Shown here: piece by piece, positions 27,027-37,519 of the stretch
Layout of the letters: the number at the start of each line of letters is the position of its first letter
How positions within the stretch are numbered: position 1 is the first letter of the stretch
Assembly (NCBI GenBank): GCA_963767925.1
Contig: CAVYGB010000008.1
Span: 640,001 to 704,000 of the forward strand
Direction of reading: 5' to 3'
Length of the DNA: 64,000 nt
From: an uncultured delta proteobacterium
GTDB taxonomy: Bacteria; Myxococcota_A; Polyangia; Fen-1088
The notes under the pieces: model-generated
Databases searched by the model: none
Told to the model about the DNA's origin: nothing
The model's input: only the letters and a program-made list of their open reading frames with translations
Position numbers and translations under genes: made by a program

Positions 27027-29652
27027 ATGGGTATCCCCTCTGCGCTCACCCAGCGCGTGCGCACGGGCCAGGCCGTGCTCGTCGCCGGACTTGGGTTCTT
27101 CGATCCTGCGTCTGCGCGCGGCTGGGAGCCGCTCCTTCGCCGTCTGGCCGAGCGGTTCGCCGCCGGGGGCCCTGCTGCGCGCGAGTCGGCCCGCACCATC
27201 ATCGACCTGATCAACCGCGGGCGATCCGCCTCGGCCCTGGCCTGGCTGCGCCGGATGCTCTCCGAGGACGCGGTCAAGGAGGTGCTCGCCGAGGTCCAGG
27301 CCCAGGGGGGGGCGCCGCCGCCATCGCTGGACCTGGCCACCCGGCTGCCCTGGCAAGGGGTGGTGGCCACCTGCTTTCACGACGCCTGGGAGCGGACGCT
27401 CCGGAACGGTCGGGTCCGCCGCCTCGATCCCCGCCAGCTCGTGGCCAACGGGCGGGTCGAGAACGGGCTGCACCCGTTTTTCCTGCACGCCCTCGGCACC
27501 TGGTCGGATCCCGAGAGCCTGTGCTTCTCCCCGGCCGACCTGCACCGGCGGTCGATGCCCGGGGCGGTGGCGAGCTTCCTGCGCGAGCTGTTCGCCCAGC
27601 GGTCCTTCGTGTTCCTGGGTTTCCGGCCCGGCGACCCCGACCTGCAGCTCATCTTGCACCACATGCTCGGCTCGGCCCCCACCCAGAGCGAACACTTCCT
27701 CATCTTGCCCGAAGACGCCAGCAACCTCGACCCGGGCATGCAGTTCGACGTGCTCGGCGCCGAGCTCGATCTGGTGCCGGTCCCCTACCCGGGCACGCTC
27801 GAGGAGCTGCTGCGCAAGTGGGTCAACGGCCACGCCGAGGCGGCCAGCAAGGACGCGTCGGGCGACGGTGATCGCACCAACCCCGAGGTGATCGCCGACT
27901 CGGTCTCCGAGGCCCGGACCAACCCCGTGATCCAGCCCGCCCTGATGGCCTGGGTGCGCGACCAGCAGGGCCGCATCGCCGCCACGCCGGCCGCCGACCG
28001 GGCCCCCCTCTACGAGGAGATGGCCGACGTCTACCGGGACCGGCGCAACCCGGTGCACGCCATCTCCTGCTACCGGACGTCCCTGCAATACGAGCCGGCC
28101 CGCCGCTCGGCCCTCACCAAGCTGATCGAGCTTTACCAGACCCACAAGCACTGGCCGGCGGCCGAGGACGCCCTGGTGCGGCTGGCCGCCACCGAGACCG
28201 CGGTCGATCGCCGGGTGCAGCTCCTGTACCGGGCCGCCACCATCGCCCTCGACGAGCTGGACCGCCCCGCCCGGGCGGCGCAGCTGCTCGAGCGGGCGCT
28301 CATCGAGGCGCCCGATGCGGCCCAGCCCTTCGAGGCGTTCGAGCGGCTCCTCAACCAGGAGAAGAACTGGCAGGCGCTCGCCCGCCTCTACCAGAAGAGC
28401 GCCCGCGAGCTGGGGGCCGACGGGCCCGGCCGTCCGGTGAAGATCCGGGCGATGGACGGGCTGGCCGAGCTGGCCCTGCGCTTCTCCAAGGACCCCCGGG
28501 TGGCCATCAAGGCCCTCGAGGCGGCCGACACAATCGACCCCGACAACAGCGACCGCAAGGCGCTGATGGCGGCCCTCTACCAGCAGGCGGGACCCGAATT
28601 CGCCACCCGGTCCATCGCCCTGCACCACGCGGCCATCGCCGCCGACCCCGATCGGCTGGCCTCGTACCGGTCGCTGGCCGACCTCTACCGCGCGGCGGGG
28701 GATCGGGATCGCCTCTGGTGCGTCTCGGCCACCCTGACCTTCCTGCGCAAGGCCGACGACGAGCTGCGGGACATCTACGAGCGGGGCAAGCCGGCCCAGG
28801 CCCGGCCCCCCGCCCGCCGCATCGGCGCCGACGTCTGGGCGCGGGTGAGCCACCCCGACGCCGACGCGGAGATGTCCTCGCTGTTCTCGGTGCTGGGGCC
28901 GGTGCTGGCGGGCATGGCCGCTCTCACGGTGCAGGAGCTGGGTCTGCGTCAGGACGAGCGGGTCGATCCCGCGCGGGTGCCGGGCGCGGCCGGCCAGGCG
29001 CTGGCCGCGGTCAACGCCGGCGTCGACACGCCCCCGCTGCTGGTCTACCTGCGGGCGGCCGAGCGGCGGCCGGCCTCCGTGCGCATCGTCCGGCTGGGGG
29101 CCGAGCTGGCCCCGGCGCTCGTGCTCGGCGCGCCGCTGGGGGTGACGGCGGATCCCACCGACGCGATCCTGCCGATCGCCCGCTCGCTCCTGCTGCTGCA
29201 GCCGGAGCGGATCGTTTGCGCCCTCGATTCGAGCCGGGCCATGGCCCGCATCGGGCTGGAGGCGGCCCTGCACCTGGCCGGGCTCAAGCCGCCCTCGGAG
29301 GCCCTGCGCACCGACGCCGAGCGGGTCATCGCCCAGGTGACGGCGCTGTTGCCGGCGGCCAGCCGCGACCACATCGTCTCGGCGGCGCGGCGGCTCGTCG
29401 CCCAGCACGGCGGAACCCCGCCCGACGTGGATCGCTGGTGTGCCGGTGTCGAGCTGACCGCCAGCCGGGCTGCCTTCCTGCTGGTGAACGACCTGGGGGC
29501 GGCGGCCCGCTCCCTGTCGGCGGAGGCCACCACGAACCAGCCCCTCAGCGCCAAGCAGCGGCTCAAGGATCTCGATCGGCTTCTCGGTCAGCGAGGCCTA
29601 CTTCGAGGCCCGCAAGATGCTCGGCATCGGCGTCGGGCCCCGCGCCTCCTGA
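27027..29652 (+). CDS. SIR2_2-like domain fused to TPR repeats and a C-terminal helical domain (1-bp insertion near 29573)
   Basis: AVLVAGLGF, VVATCFHDAWER, FLHALGT..PESLCFS, SFVFLGFRPGDPDL, then TPR-like helices. Removing one base gives LKDLIGFSVSEAYFEARKMLG with stop at 29652. Confidence 0.75.
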
Positions 29653-29768
29653 TTACGGGGCGCTGCGCGGGTGTCTTGCAGTTCCGGGCTGTGCCCCGGC
29701 GGGTGTATAAGCCTCGAGAATATGTGATCGGGGCGTCACGACGCCGCGGTCGCCTGGAGGATTAAGAC

Positions 29769-30986
29769 ATGAACTGGCTTTCGGGAACGGGTCGTGTGCT
29801 CGCTTTGGTCCTGGTGGCGGCCGCGGGCGCCTGCGGCGAGGATGCGGAGCCGCCGGTGCTCTCGGATGCCGGAGCAGGTGACGGAGGCGGCGACGGCGGC
29901 CCCCCCGCCGGGTTGAAGCCCTTCAGCGAGGAGTTGCTCGGGCAGCTCCGCAAGCCCGCTGGCTTCGCGGTCGGTGTGTTCGCCCGCGATCTCGGGAGCC
30001 CGCGCCTGATGGCGCCGGGACCCGACGGGTCGATCTACGTGACCCGCAAGGCCAGCGGGGACGTCCTGCGGCTGCGTGACGCCGATGGCGACGGCGTGGC
30101 GGAGATCAAGGAGACCGCGGTGGCGGGCATCGACGGGGTGCACGGGATCGCGGTGCGGGAGGGCAAGCTTTACCTGGCCTCCACCCGCTACGTGTTCGCC
30201 GGAACGATCTCGGCCGACGGCTCGGTCGCCATGCCGATGGCGGTGGTGCTCGACCTGCCGGCGGGCGGCGATCATCCGGACCGGGCCATCGGCTTCGGCT
30301 CCGACGGCAAGCTCTACATCTCGGTCGCCGCGAGCTGCGACACCTGCGTCGACGAGAACCCGGAGCACGCCAGCATGTTGCAGACCACGACAACCGGCGC
30401 CGAGCGGACCGTCCTGGCGCGGGGGCTGCACAACACCATCGGGTTCGCCTGGCACCCGCTCACCGGGGAGCTGTGGGCAGCGGACGAGGGGCTGGGCCTG
30501 GCCGCCCCGGCGGCGACGCCGATGCCCGACGAGCTCAACCGCCTCACCATGGGCGGCCACTACGGCTGGCCCTACTGCTTCGGCAAGCGCCAGGCGAACA
30601 CCGCGGCCGCCGATCCGGCGGGGATGACGAAGGAGGCGTTCTGCCGCAACACCCAGTCGCCCGCCCTGGAGCTGGGCGCCCGGGGCGCGCCCTTCGGCTT
30701 CCTGTTCTACGGGGGCAGCGACTTTCCCGCCGAATACACCGGCGACGGCTTCCTGGCCCTGCGCGGCTCGCCGGGGCGACAGCCGGTCGCCGGCTTCAAG
30801 GTCGTCCGGGTCCGCTTCACCAGCGGGCAGCCGATGGCGGCCGAGGACTTCCTCTCCGGGTTCGTCGACGAGGCCGGCGAATATTTCGCCCGGCCGGCCG
30901 GCCTGGCGGTGGCGATGGATGGTGCGCTGCTGCTGGCCGATGACGCCAACGGCATCGTCTACCGCGTGTCGCACCCGGGGAACTGA
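29769..30986 (+). CDS. PQQ-dependent sugar/sorbosone dehydrogenase family lipoprotein (GSDH beta-propeller)
   Basis: Lipobox AGAC; PAGFAVGVFA, FGSDGKLYISV, GLHN..GFAWHP, PDELN..GGHYGWPYC, FPAEYTGD, RPAGL..DGALLLADD. Confidence 0.88.
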   Translation: MNWLSGTGRVLALVLVAAAGACGEDAEPPVLSDAGAGDGGGDGGPPAGLKPFSEELLGQLRKPAGFAVGVFARDLGSPRLMAPGPDGSIYVTRKASGDVLRLRDADGDGVAEIKETAVAGIDGVHGIAVREGKLYLASTRYVFAGTISADGSVAMPMAVVLDLPAGGDHPDRAIGFGSDGKLYISVAASCDTCVDENPEHASMLQTTTTGAERTVLARGLHNTIGFAWHPLTGELWAADEGLGLAAPAATPMPDELNRLTMGGHYGWPYCFGKRQANTAAADPAGMTKEAFCRNTQSPALELGARGAPFGFLFYGGSDFPAEYTGDGFLALRGSPGRQPVAGFKVVRVRFTSGQPMAAEDFLSGFVDEAGEYFARPAGLAVAMDGALLLADDANGIVYRVSHPGN

Positions 30987-31100
30987 GCCGGCCGTCTTTA
31001 CCTAACTTTACTTCCCGGCAAAACCCGCGACAAACCGGGCAGTCATGGTCTCGAGGTGGGCGGCGGTCGGAAGCCGCCGCCCCGGAAAGGCAGAGAGACC

Positions 31101-31625
31101 ATGACCGACAGCAACGCGAACGACACCCCCTCGACCGACGAGACCCCCCGCCCGCCAGCGCCCCCGCGCCGGCCCGGCCGGCGCTGGCTGTTCCTGGCCC
31201 TCCCGGCGGTGTTGCTGGGTGGGGCCCTGGGGGCCCGGGCGTACGCCTTCGGCCCGCGGGGCGACATGTCGCCCGAGCAGATGGACCGCTTCATCGAGCG
31301 GCGCATCGAGGGGTTCCTCGACGGCGTCGACGCCACCGACGACCAGCGGACGCGCATCAAGGCGACGCTGGCCCGCCTGCGCCCGGAAATGAAGGCCCTG
31401 CACGCGGACAAGGCCCGGCTGCGAGACGCCGGCAAGAAGGCCCTGGCCGCCAACCCCCTCGACGCCGCCGAGGTGGAGCGCCTGCGCCGGGAGGTGCTGG
31501 CCCTGGCCGACAAGGGCACCAGCCTGATGAGCCGCGCGCTGGTCGAGGTGGGAAACACGCTCACCCCCGAGCAGCGCCGGGAGGTCCTGCAGCACCTGGA
31601 GCGGCGCCACGGCCGCTGGCACTGA
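31101..31625 (+). CDS. Spy/CpxP-like periplasmic helical protein
   Basis: Hydrophobic leader; ATDDQR and LTPEQR (LTxxQ-type motifs); sits upstream of a two-component pair. Confidence 0.8.
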   Translation: MTDSNANDTPSTDETPRPPAPPRRPGRRWLFLALPAVLLGGALGARAYAFGPRGDMSPEQMDRFIERRIEGFLDGVDATDDQRTRIKATLARLRPEMKALHADKARLRDAGKKALAANPLDAAEVERLRREVLALADKGTSLMSRALVEVGNTLTPEQRREVLQHLERRHGRWH

Positions 31626-31684
31626 GGCGGGAGGGCCGCGACCGGGTCGGCGTGGCTTGCCCTGGTGCACTAGACTGAGGTGCC

Positions 31685-32407
31685 ATGGCGGCCCGGGTCC
31701 TGCTCATCGACGACGACAACCGGCTCGCGGAGATGCTGCTCGAGTATCTCCGCGGCCGCGGCTATTCGGTCGAGCACCGGGCCGAGGGGGGCAGCGGGCT
31801 GGCCCTGCTGGCCCAGCAGAGCTTCGACGCCGTCATCCTCGACGTCATGTTGCCCGATCTGGAAGGCTTCGAGGTCTGCCGGAGGATCCGGGCCCGCTCG
31901 CAGGTGCCGGTGCTGATGTTGACCGCCCGGGGCGACGAGCTCGACCGCATCGTGGGGCTGGAGCTGGGGGCCGACGACTACCTGCCCAAGCCCTTCAACC
32001 CCCGCGAGCTGCTGGCCCGCCTGGGGGCGATCTTGCGCCGGACGCGGGCCCCGGCGGGGGCGGGAGCTGACGACCCGCCGCCGCTGCGTTTCGGCCGCCT
32101 GGAGCTGGACCGGGCCGCCCGCGAGGTCCGGGTGGATGGCGCGCGGCGGGAGCTGACCGGGCGCCAGTTCGACATGCTGGTGCTGCTGGCCGAGCGGGCG
32201 GGGCGGGTGCAGTCGCGCGAGCAGATCATGGAGGCCCTCAAGGGGGAGGAGTGGGACAGCGTCGACCGGAGCATCGACGTGCACATCTCCCGTATCCGCA
32301 ACGCCATCGAGGACGATCCCCGCCACCCCCGCTTCGTGCAGACGGTGCGCGGGGCCGGCTACGTCTTCCTGGCCGGCAAAGATCGCGAGAGCGGAGGGGC
32401 GCCGTGA
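31685..32407 (+). CDS. OmpR/CpxR-family response regulator
   Basis: VLLIDDD, VILDVMLP, MLTARG, GADDYLPKPF; winged HTH RSIDVHISRIR..TVRGAGY. Confidence 0.95.
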   Translation: MAARVLLIDDDNRLAEMLLEYLRGRGYSVEHRAEGGSGLALLAQQSFDAVILDVMLPDLEGFEVCRRIRARSQVPVLMLTARGDELDRIVGLELGADDYLPKPFNPRELLARLGAILRRTRAPAGAGADDPPPLRFGRLELDRAAREVRVDGARRELTGRQFDMLVLLAERAGRVQSREQIMEALKGEEWDSVDRSIDVHISRIRNAIEDDPRHPRFVQTVRGAGYVFLAGKDRESGGAP

Positions 32408-33705
32408 GCCGGCGCCTGTACCTCAAGCTTTACTTGACGTTTCTGGGGGTGGCGGCCCTGGCCCTCGTCTCGGCCGGGCTGGCGGCCAACCACCTGCGCG
32501 AGGGGGGCCCGCCGCACTTTCGCTACGTCGGCGCGCTGGCCCGGGTGGTGCTGCGCGAGCCGCCCGGGCCGCCCCGGGACCTGCGCCCGCGCATCCAGGA
32601 GCTGGCCGCCGAGCTGGACCTCGACGTCGCGGTCTGGGACGGCGCGGGCCGGCCCCTGGCCGAGGCCAGCCGGGGCCCCTTTCCCCCGCCCGCCCGCTGG
32701 CGGGGCGGCTGGCACCGGGGCGGGACCTTCCTGATCCCGCTCGACGGAGGCCGCTACCTCGGGGTGCGCGAGCGGGGACCGAAGCACAACCCGGGCGGGG
32801 TCTTCCTGGGGGTGCTGCTGGTTGTGGCGGCGGTGATGGCGGCGGGCCTCTACCCGCTGTCCCGGGGGATCACCCGGCGGCTCGAGCACCTGGCCGACGG
32901 CGCCCGGCGCTGGGCCGGCGGGGACCTGGGCCACCGGGTGAAGATCGAGGGCGACGACGAGGTGGCGGCGGTGGCCAGCCGCTTCAACCAGGCGGCCGCC
33001 GCCATCGAGAGCCTCGTCGATCAGCAACGCCAGATGCTGGCCAACGCCTCGCACGAGCTGCGCTCGCCGCTGGCCCGCCTGCGCCTGGCCTTCGAGCTGT
33101 GCGCCGAGGAGCCCGATCCCGAGCGGCGGCGGGCGCTGGTGGACAAGGCTCACGCCGACATCGTCGACCTCGACGCCCTCGTCGAGGACGTCCTGCTGAC
33201 CGCCCGGGCCCAGCCGGGGGTGGCCCGCCGGCCCTTCGAGGAGGTCGACCTCGAGGCCCTGGTCCGGGCCGAGGCCGAGCGGCTGGGGGCCGAGGTGGTG
33301 GGCCAGGCGACGAAGCTGCCCGGCGATGCCACCATGTTGCGCCACCTCGTGCGCAACCTGCTCGGCAACGCCCACCTCCACGGCGGAGGGGCGGAGGTGC
33401 GGGCTCAGATCGAGCGCCAGGGGCCGACGGTGGTCCTCGCCGTCGAGGATCGGGGGCCGGGCGTGCCGGAGGACGAGCGCGAGAAGATCTTCGCCCCCTT
33501 TTACCGGCCGGCCGGCTCGCGGCAAGGGGGGGTGGGGCTGGGGCTGGCCCTCGTGCGGCAGATCGCCCGCTATCACCAGGGGGAGGTGCGCTACCTGCCC
33601 CGGCCCGGCGGGGGCAGCCGCTTCGAGGTCACCTTGCCGGGCCCGCCGCCTACTGGAGCGCCCGGGCCGGCAGATCGCGAGAGAGGGAGCGGGTCGCGCC
33701 GGTGA
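32404..33705 (+). CDS. HAMP sensor histidine kinase (CpxA/RstB-like)
   Basis: Two TMs, HAMP, H-box ASHELRSPLARL, N-box NLLGNA, VEDRGPGV, IFAPFYR, GVGLGLAL; GTGA overlap with the regulator. Confidence 0.93.
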   Translation: MSRRLYLKLYLTFLGVAALALVSAGLAANHLREGGPPHFRYVGALARVVLREPPGPPRDLRPRIQELAAELDLDVAVWDGAGRPLAEASRGPFPPPARWRGGWHRGGTFLIPLDGGRYLGVRERGPKHNPGGVFLGVLLVVAAVMAAGLYPLSRGITRRLEHLADGARRWAGGDLGHRVKIEGDDEVAAVASRFNQAAAAIESLVDQQRQMLANASHELRSPLARLRLAFELCAEEPDPERRRALVDKAHADIVDLDALVEDVLLTARAQPGVARRPFEEVDLEALVRAEAERLGAEVVGQATKLPGDATMLRHLVRNLLGNAHLHGGGAEVRAQIERQGPTVVLAVEDRGPGVPEDEREKIFAPFYRPAGSRQGGVGLGLALVRQIARYHQGEVRYLPRPGGGSRFEVTLPGPPPTGAPGPADRERGSGSRR

Positions 33706-36592
33706 GGGCGTCGGCGGTCACCGCCACGTCGGGCTCCTTGCCGCTCAGCGAGCCGTGGCAGCCAGCGCAGATGCCGTCGAACAGGTTGCGGGGCACGCCG
33801 GGCGAGATGGCCTCCCCCGGGCCGAGCTGGTGCTCCTCGCGCATGGTGAAGAGCGGCTGGCGATCGCTGCCCTGCAGCTCCAGGATGAGGGGCCGGCCCG
33901 CCGGCAGCAACACCTTGACCGACCCGTCGGACTCGAGCGGCGCGGCCCCGAGCAGCTCGCGCTGGCTGTAGACCTGCTCGCTGCCGCTCAGCATCGTGGG
34001 ATCGAGGGTGGCCGAGGGGGGCGGGCTGACCGCGTAGACGGCGAGGAAGCGGGCGGCGTCGAACCGGGCGACGTTGCGCCCCCGGCGGAGGTTGGCGTCG
34101 AGCAAGGTGGCGAGGGCGGGCAGATCGGGGAAGTGCACGGTCGCCTCGGCGCCGCCGCCGCTGTCGCCGCCGAACACGAGCTGGGGGACGTTGCGGAACA
34201 GCAACCGCGACGAGCGGCGGTAGCCCAGGGTGGCCTCCACCAGCGACAGCGTCCCACCGGCCAGCAGCTCGCGGCGGGCGCCGGTGATGCCGTCGATCGC
34301 CACCAGGTCGTAGCGGGGCAGGTCGGCGGCCGGGTCGGCCACGTTGCCCGCGAACGAGGCGAGGATGGCCCCGTCGGGCAGGGGGAAGGGGGAGCGGTAG
34401 ACGCCCTGGGTCCCGGCCCGGCCGGTGGCCGCTTCGTCGGGCCGGTGCAGCGAGCGCAGGAAGGTCGTGTCGGTGCGGCCCTCCTCGAAGGGCCCGATCG
34501 AGCGGTTGAACACCGCCAGGGCGCCGCCGCCCCCGCGCGCGCCGGCGTCCGAGAGGATGAGGAGGAAGTTGCGGTCGAGCCCCTCGCGGATCTCGGTGGC
34601 CTGCTGGTAGCCGACCGAGGGCGCCAGGTTGCCGTAGCTGTCGTCGGAGCGGGCGCGCTGGGCCAGCAGGGGGTGGTAGTCGGTCAGGTCCCAGTTCAGG
34701 CGCCGGCCCGAGAGCTGGTAGAAGTCGGGGGAGGCCTTCTCGGTCGTGAACGAGAGCTGCCCGTTCTGCATGAAGGCCGGGCCGATCTCGCTGCCCGAGA
34801 GCACGGTCATCGCCTCGGGCTGGCCGAAGTCCAGGGCCGGGCCGACCCGGTACAGGTCGGCGTTGGGCAGCAGCCGCTTCAGGGTGAGCCCGCCCCGGCG
34901 GGTGGAGGCGTAGACCAGGCTGCCGTCGGGGGCGAAGACCGGATCGAAGTTGTGCACCCGCACCGGGCCGGCCAGGTGGCCGCCGTCTTCGGTCAATCGG
35001 CGGCAGCGGCCGGCGGCCGGCTCGAGCAGCCACAGGTCGAGCCCACCGGCTTGCCCCGGCCGGGCGGCGAACACGAGGCGGCTGCCGTCGTGGCTCCACT
35101 CCGGACCCCGCACGTCGAGGTCGCTGCGGCCAGCCAGGCCGGCGCAGGGGCCGAGGGCGTCGCGCGGGTCGACCACCTGCTCGATGCGCCCGTCGGGGCC
35201 CAGGACCGCGTCGGCCAGGCGGAGCTCGGCCCCGCCCCGGAAGGTGTCGAACTCCAGGGGGCCGTCGGGATCGGCCGGGCGGGCGACGAAGGCCAGCGGC
35301 AGGATCGAGCCGGGCTCCTGGGGCGAGACCAGCGCGGCGTGGTCCAGCCGTTCCAGGCGGTGCCACTCCTTGATCGTGCAGAAGGCGGAGGCGCTGCCCG
35401 GCTCGAAGGGGGTGGGGCAGGGGGCGCGGCTGTCGGCGCCCGGGCCCTCGAGCAGGGCGCCGCCCCGGTGGGTGATGCCGCCGTTGAGGGGAAACAGGTT
35501 CTTTTTCACCAGGCGCGACTGGCGCACGTCCGGCGTGTCGAGGGCCATGAACTCGAGCAGGGCGGTCTCGTAGTTGCGGTGCAGGGCGATGGGCGAGAGG
35601 AAGCCCACCGAGCCGGGCCGCAGCCGGAAGTCGTTGAAGCCGTTGGGGCTGTGACAGGTCTCGAGCGCGCAGCCGCGCTTGATCAGCACCGGCATGACGT
35701 GCTGGCCGAAGAAGGCCTCCCCCGTCGATCGCACCGGCGGGGGCAGGGGCTGGGCCTGCACCTCCTCGGCGAAGGCCTGCAGGAGGCGCCAGCCGTCGGC
35801 CGCCCGGTCGTTGAAGAAGGTGCCGCCGGTGTGGCTGAGCCCGCCGGCCCGGGGCGACAGCGGGCGCAGCAGCAGCTCGCTCTGCTCGGGCCGGTCGGGC
35901 GCCGCGGCCACGAAGCTGGCGGCGCGGGCGAAGTTGGCGTCGAGCTGGGCGTCGGTCTCGCCGCAGGTGAGGAAGAAGTCGGCCTGGGGCGAGCTGTGGC
36001 AGTTGGAGAAGGCGCAGGAGGCGCGCAGCAGCGGCGCCAGGTCGCGGGCGAAGCGCTGGTAGGCGGCGCTGCTCCGATCGACGGCGGGCACGGTGGTGCC
36101 GGGGGGCAGAACCTGGGCGCAGGTGCCGGCCCCCGGGCGGGCGGCCGGCGCCGGGCCGAGGCCGTCGCGGGTGGCCCCCTGGTCCATCCAGCGCTTGAGC
36201 TCGAAGAAGGCGTCGGAGGTGGGCGACAGGGTCTTGAGGCCGACGTGACGGATCTCGCTCGGAAGCAGCCGGCCGTCGTAGGGGATGAGGACGCTCTCTT
36301 CGGGGACCGCCTTCAGCAGCAGCAGGGGCTGGGGGTAGGCGCCGTAGTTGCGCAGGACGTCCCGCCGCCGCTGGACCGCCTCGAACGAGCTGAGATCCAG
36401 GTTGCCGAGCGCCACCCCCGTCGCCTCGTCGATCCGGTGACAGGGGGAGGTGTTGCCCACACAGAAGCCGTTGAAGATGGGCTGGATGTGCTCGTCGTAG
36501 TACCGCCGTTCGGGCGTGGCCTGCTTCTGGCAAGCCACGAGCCCGGCGGCGAGGAGCAGGGTCAGCGGGAGCGGTCGCGTCTGGGAGGTCAC
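33650..36592 (-). CDS. Multiheme c-type cytochrome lipoprotein with PD40/TolB-like propeller and HzsA-like middle domain
   Basis: Lipobox LVAC; IQPIFNGFCVGNTSPCH, LAPLLRASCAFSNCH, VMPVLIKRGCALETCH; PEWSHDGSRLVF, DPVFAPDGSLVYASTR; APLESDGSVKVLLPAGRPLILEL..PGE..CAGCH. Confidence 0.75.
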   Translation of the reverse strand: MTSQTRPLPLTLLLAAGLVACQKQATPERRYYDEHIQPIFNGFCVGNTSPCHRIDEATGVALGNLDLSSFEAVQRRRDVLRNYGAYPQPLLLLKAVPEESVLIPYDGRLLPSEIRHVGLKTLSPTSDAFFELKRWMDQGATRDGLGPAPAARPGAGTCAQVLPPGTTVPAVDRSSAAYQRFARDLAPLLRASCAFSNCHSSPQADFFLTCGETDAQLDANFARAASFVAAAPDRPEQSELLLRPLSPRAGGLSHTGGTFFNDRAADGWRLLQAFAEEVQAQPLPPPVRSTGEAFFGQHVMPVLIKRGCALETCHSPNGFNDFRLRPGSVGFLSPIALHRNYETALLEFMALDTPDVRQSRLVKKNLFPLNGGITHRGGALLEGPGADSRAPCPTPFEPGSASAFCTIKEWHRLERLDHAALVSPQEPGSILPLAFVARPADPDGPLEFDTFRGGAELRLADAVLGPDGRIEQVVDPRDALGPCAGLAGRSDLDVRGPEWSHDGSRLVFAARPGQAGGLDLWLLEPAAGRCRRLTEDGGHLAGPVRVHNFDPVFAPDGSLVYASTRRGGLTLKRLLPNADLYRVGPALDFGQPEAMTVLSGSEIGPAFMQNGQLSFTTEKASPDFYQLSGRRLNWDLTDYHPLLAQRARSDDSYGNLAPSVGYQQATEIREGLDRNFLLILSDAGARGGGGALAVFNRSIGPFEEGRTDTTFLRSLHRPDEAATGRAGTQGVYRSPFPLPDGAILASFAGNVADPAADLPRYDLVAIDGITGARRELLAGGTLSLVEATLGYRRSSRLLFRNVPQLVFGGDSGGGAEATVHFPDLPALATLLDANLRRGRNVARFDAARFLAVYAVSPPPSATLDPTMLSGSEQVYSQRELLGAAPLESDGSVKVLLPAGRPLILELQGSDRQPLFTMREEHQLGPGEAISPGVPRNLFDGICAGCHGSLSGKEPDVAVTADALTGATRSLSRDLPARALQ

Positions 36593-36602
36593 CGTTGCGA
36601 AC

Positions 36603-37466
36603 CTAGCGGGCGAGGCGGGAGCGGGCGGCGTGGGCCAGCGACCGCACCGACGGGTCGCGGTCGTGGCGGGAGGCGACGTCCAGCGGCTGGCCGGCCTGAC
36701 CGGCGGCCGCCCCGATCTCGCCGAGGGCCCAGGCGGCCTTGCGGCGCACGGCCGGGCTGTCGTCGGTCAGGAGGCGGTCGACAAGGGCCGGCGCCAGGGC
36801 GGCGGCGGGGGTCAGGCCGCGGGTGGCGCCGAGGGTGAAGACGGCCTCCGCCCGCACCTTCTCGTCGCGGTCGCGCAGCAGGGGCAGGGCGGCGGTGGGA
36901 TCGAGCGGCCCCCGCAGGTCGCGCAGGGCCACCAGGGCGGCGGCGCGCACCGACGCCTCGGGGGCGCCGAGCGCCTGGCGCAGGGCCGGCTGGGCGGCCG
37001 GCTCGCCGATGCGGCCCAGGGCCGCGGCCATGGCCCCGCGGGCCTCGGCGTCGAAGATCGGGTTCAGCAGGCCGGCCGACAGGGGCTCGACCGCCCGGGG
37101 GTAGCGCAGGCCGCCCAGCACGTCGGCGGCGTTGCGGGCCTTGATCGAGTCGGGCCGGGCCAGGCGCTTCACCATGTCGATGAACAGCTCCGAGCGCAGG
37201 CCCCGCCGGGCCAGCCACCAGCCGGCCACCCGCCGCACCCGGGCGTCGGCGTGATCGATCAGCGGCCGCACCATGGTCACGCAGGCGCTGCACACCAGGC
37301 GCTCGGCCCGCTCCAGCTCGGCGCTGATGGCGTCGACCGAGGTCGATGCGATGGCCCGCCGGATCGCCTCGGCGCTGGAGCCGCGCCCGGCCCGGGCCGG
37401 GGTGGGCAGCGCGACGAGGAGACCGAGGGCGAGCAGGGCGGGGACGGCAACGTTGCAGTGGCGCAT
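36603..37466 (-). CDS. Secreted HEAT-repeat protein
   Basis: Signal peptide ending ARA; CSAC; HEAT units ARNAADVLG, ARGAMAAALGRIG, VRAAALVAL, VRAEAVFTLG, VRRKAAWALGEIG. Confidence 0.85.
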   Translation of the reverse strand: MRHCNVAVPALLALGLLVALPTPARAGRGSSAEAIRRAIASTSVDAISAELERAERLVCSACVTMVRPLIDHADARVRRVAGWWLARRGLRSELFIDMVKRLARPDSIKARNAADVLGGLRYPRAVEPLSAGLLNPIFDAEARGAMAAALGRIGEPAAQPALRQALGAPEASVRAAALVALRDLRGPLDPTAALPLLRDRDEKVRAEAVFTLGATRGLTPAAALAPALVDRLLTDDSPAVRRKAAWALGEIGAAAGQAGQPLDVASRHDRDPSVRSLAHAARSRLAR

Positions 37467-37519
37467 GGAGAGCTCCTTCCGGTTCACGGGTGTCGACTGG
37501 GGGTTGGTCGCCGGGCGGG

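Noticed and set aside
26628..29408. Long antisense ORFs (926 aa here; also 33326-36838, 54802-57216, 60095-62398 and others)
   Set aside because: Shadow frames of real high-GC genes with no recognisable motifs. Only the last 87 codons of this one look like a real lipoprotein.
29575..29765. C-terminal extension of the 942-aa ORF to 29765
   Set aside because: It results from a 1-bp insertion near 29573. The alternative frame gives a plausible conserved ending at 29652.
31101..33705. Spy/CpxP-like + response regulator + kinase as a novel system
   Set aside because: This is a well-known Cpx/Zra-like envelope-stress arrangement.
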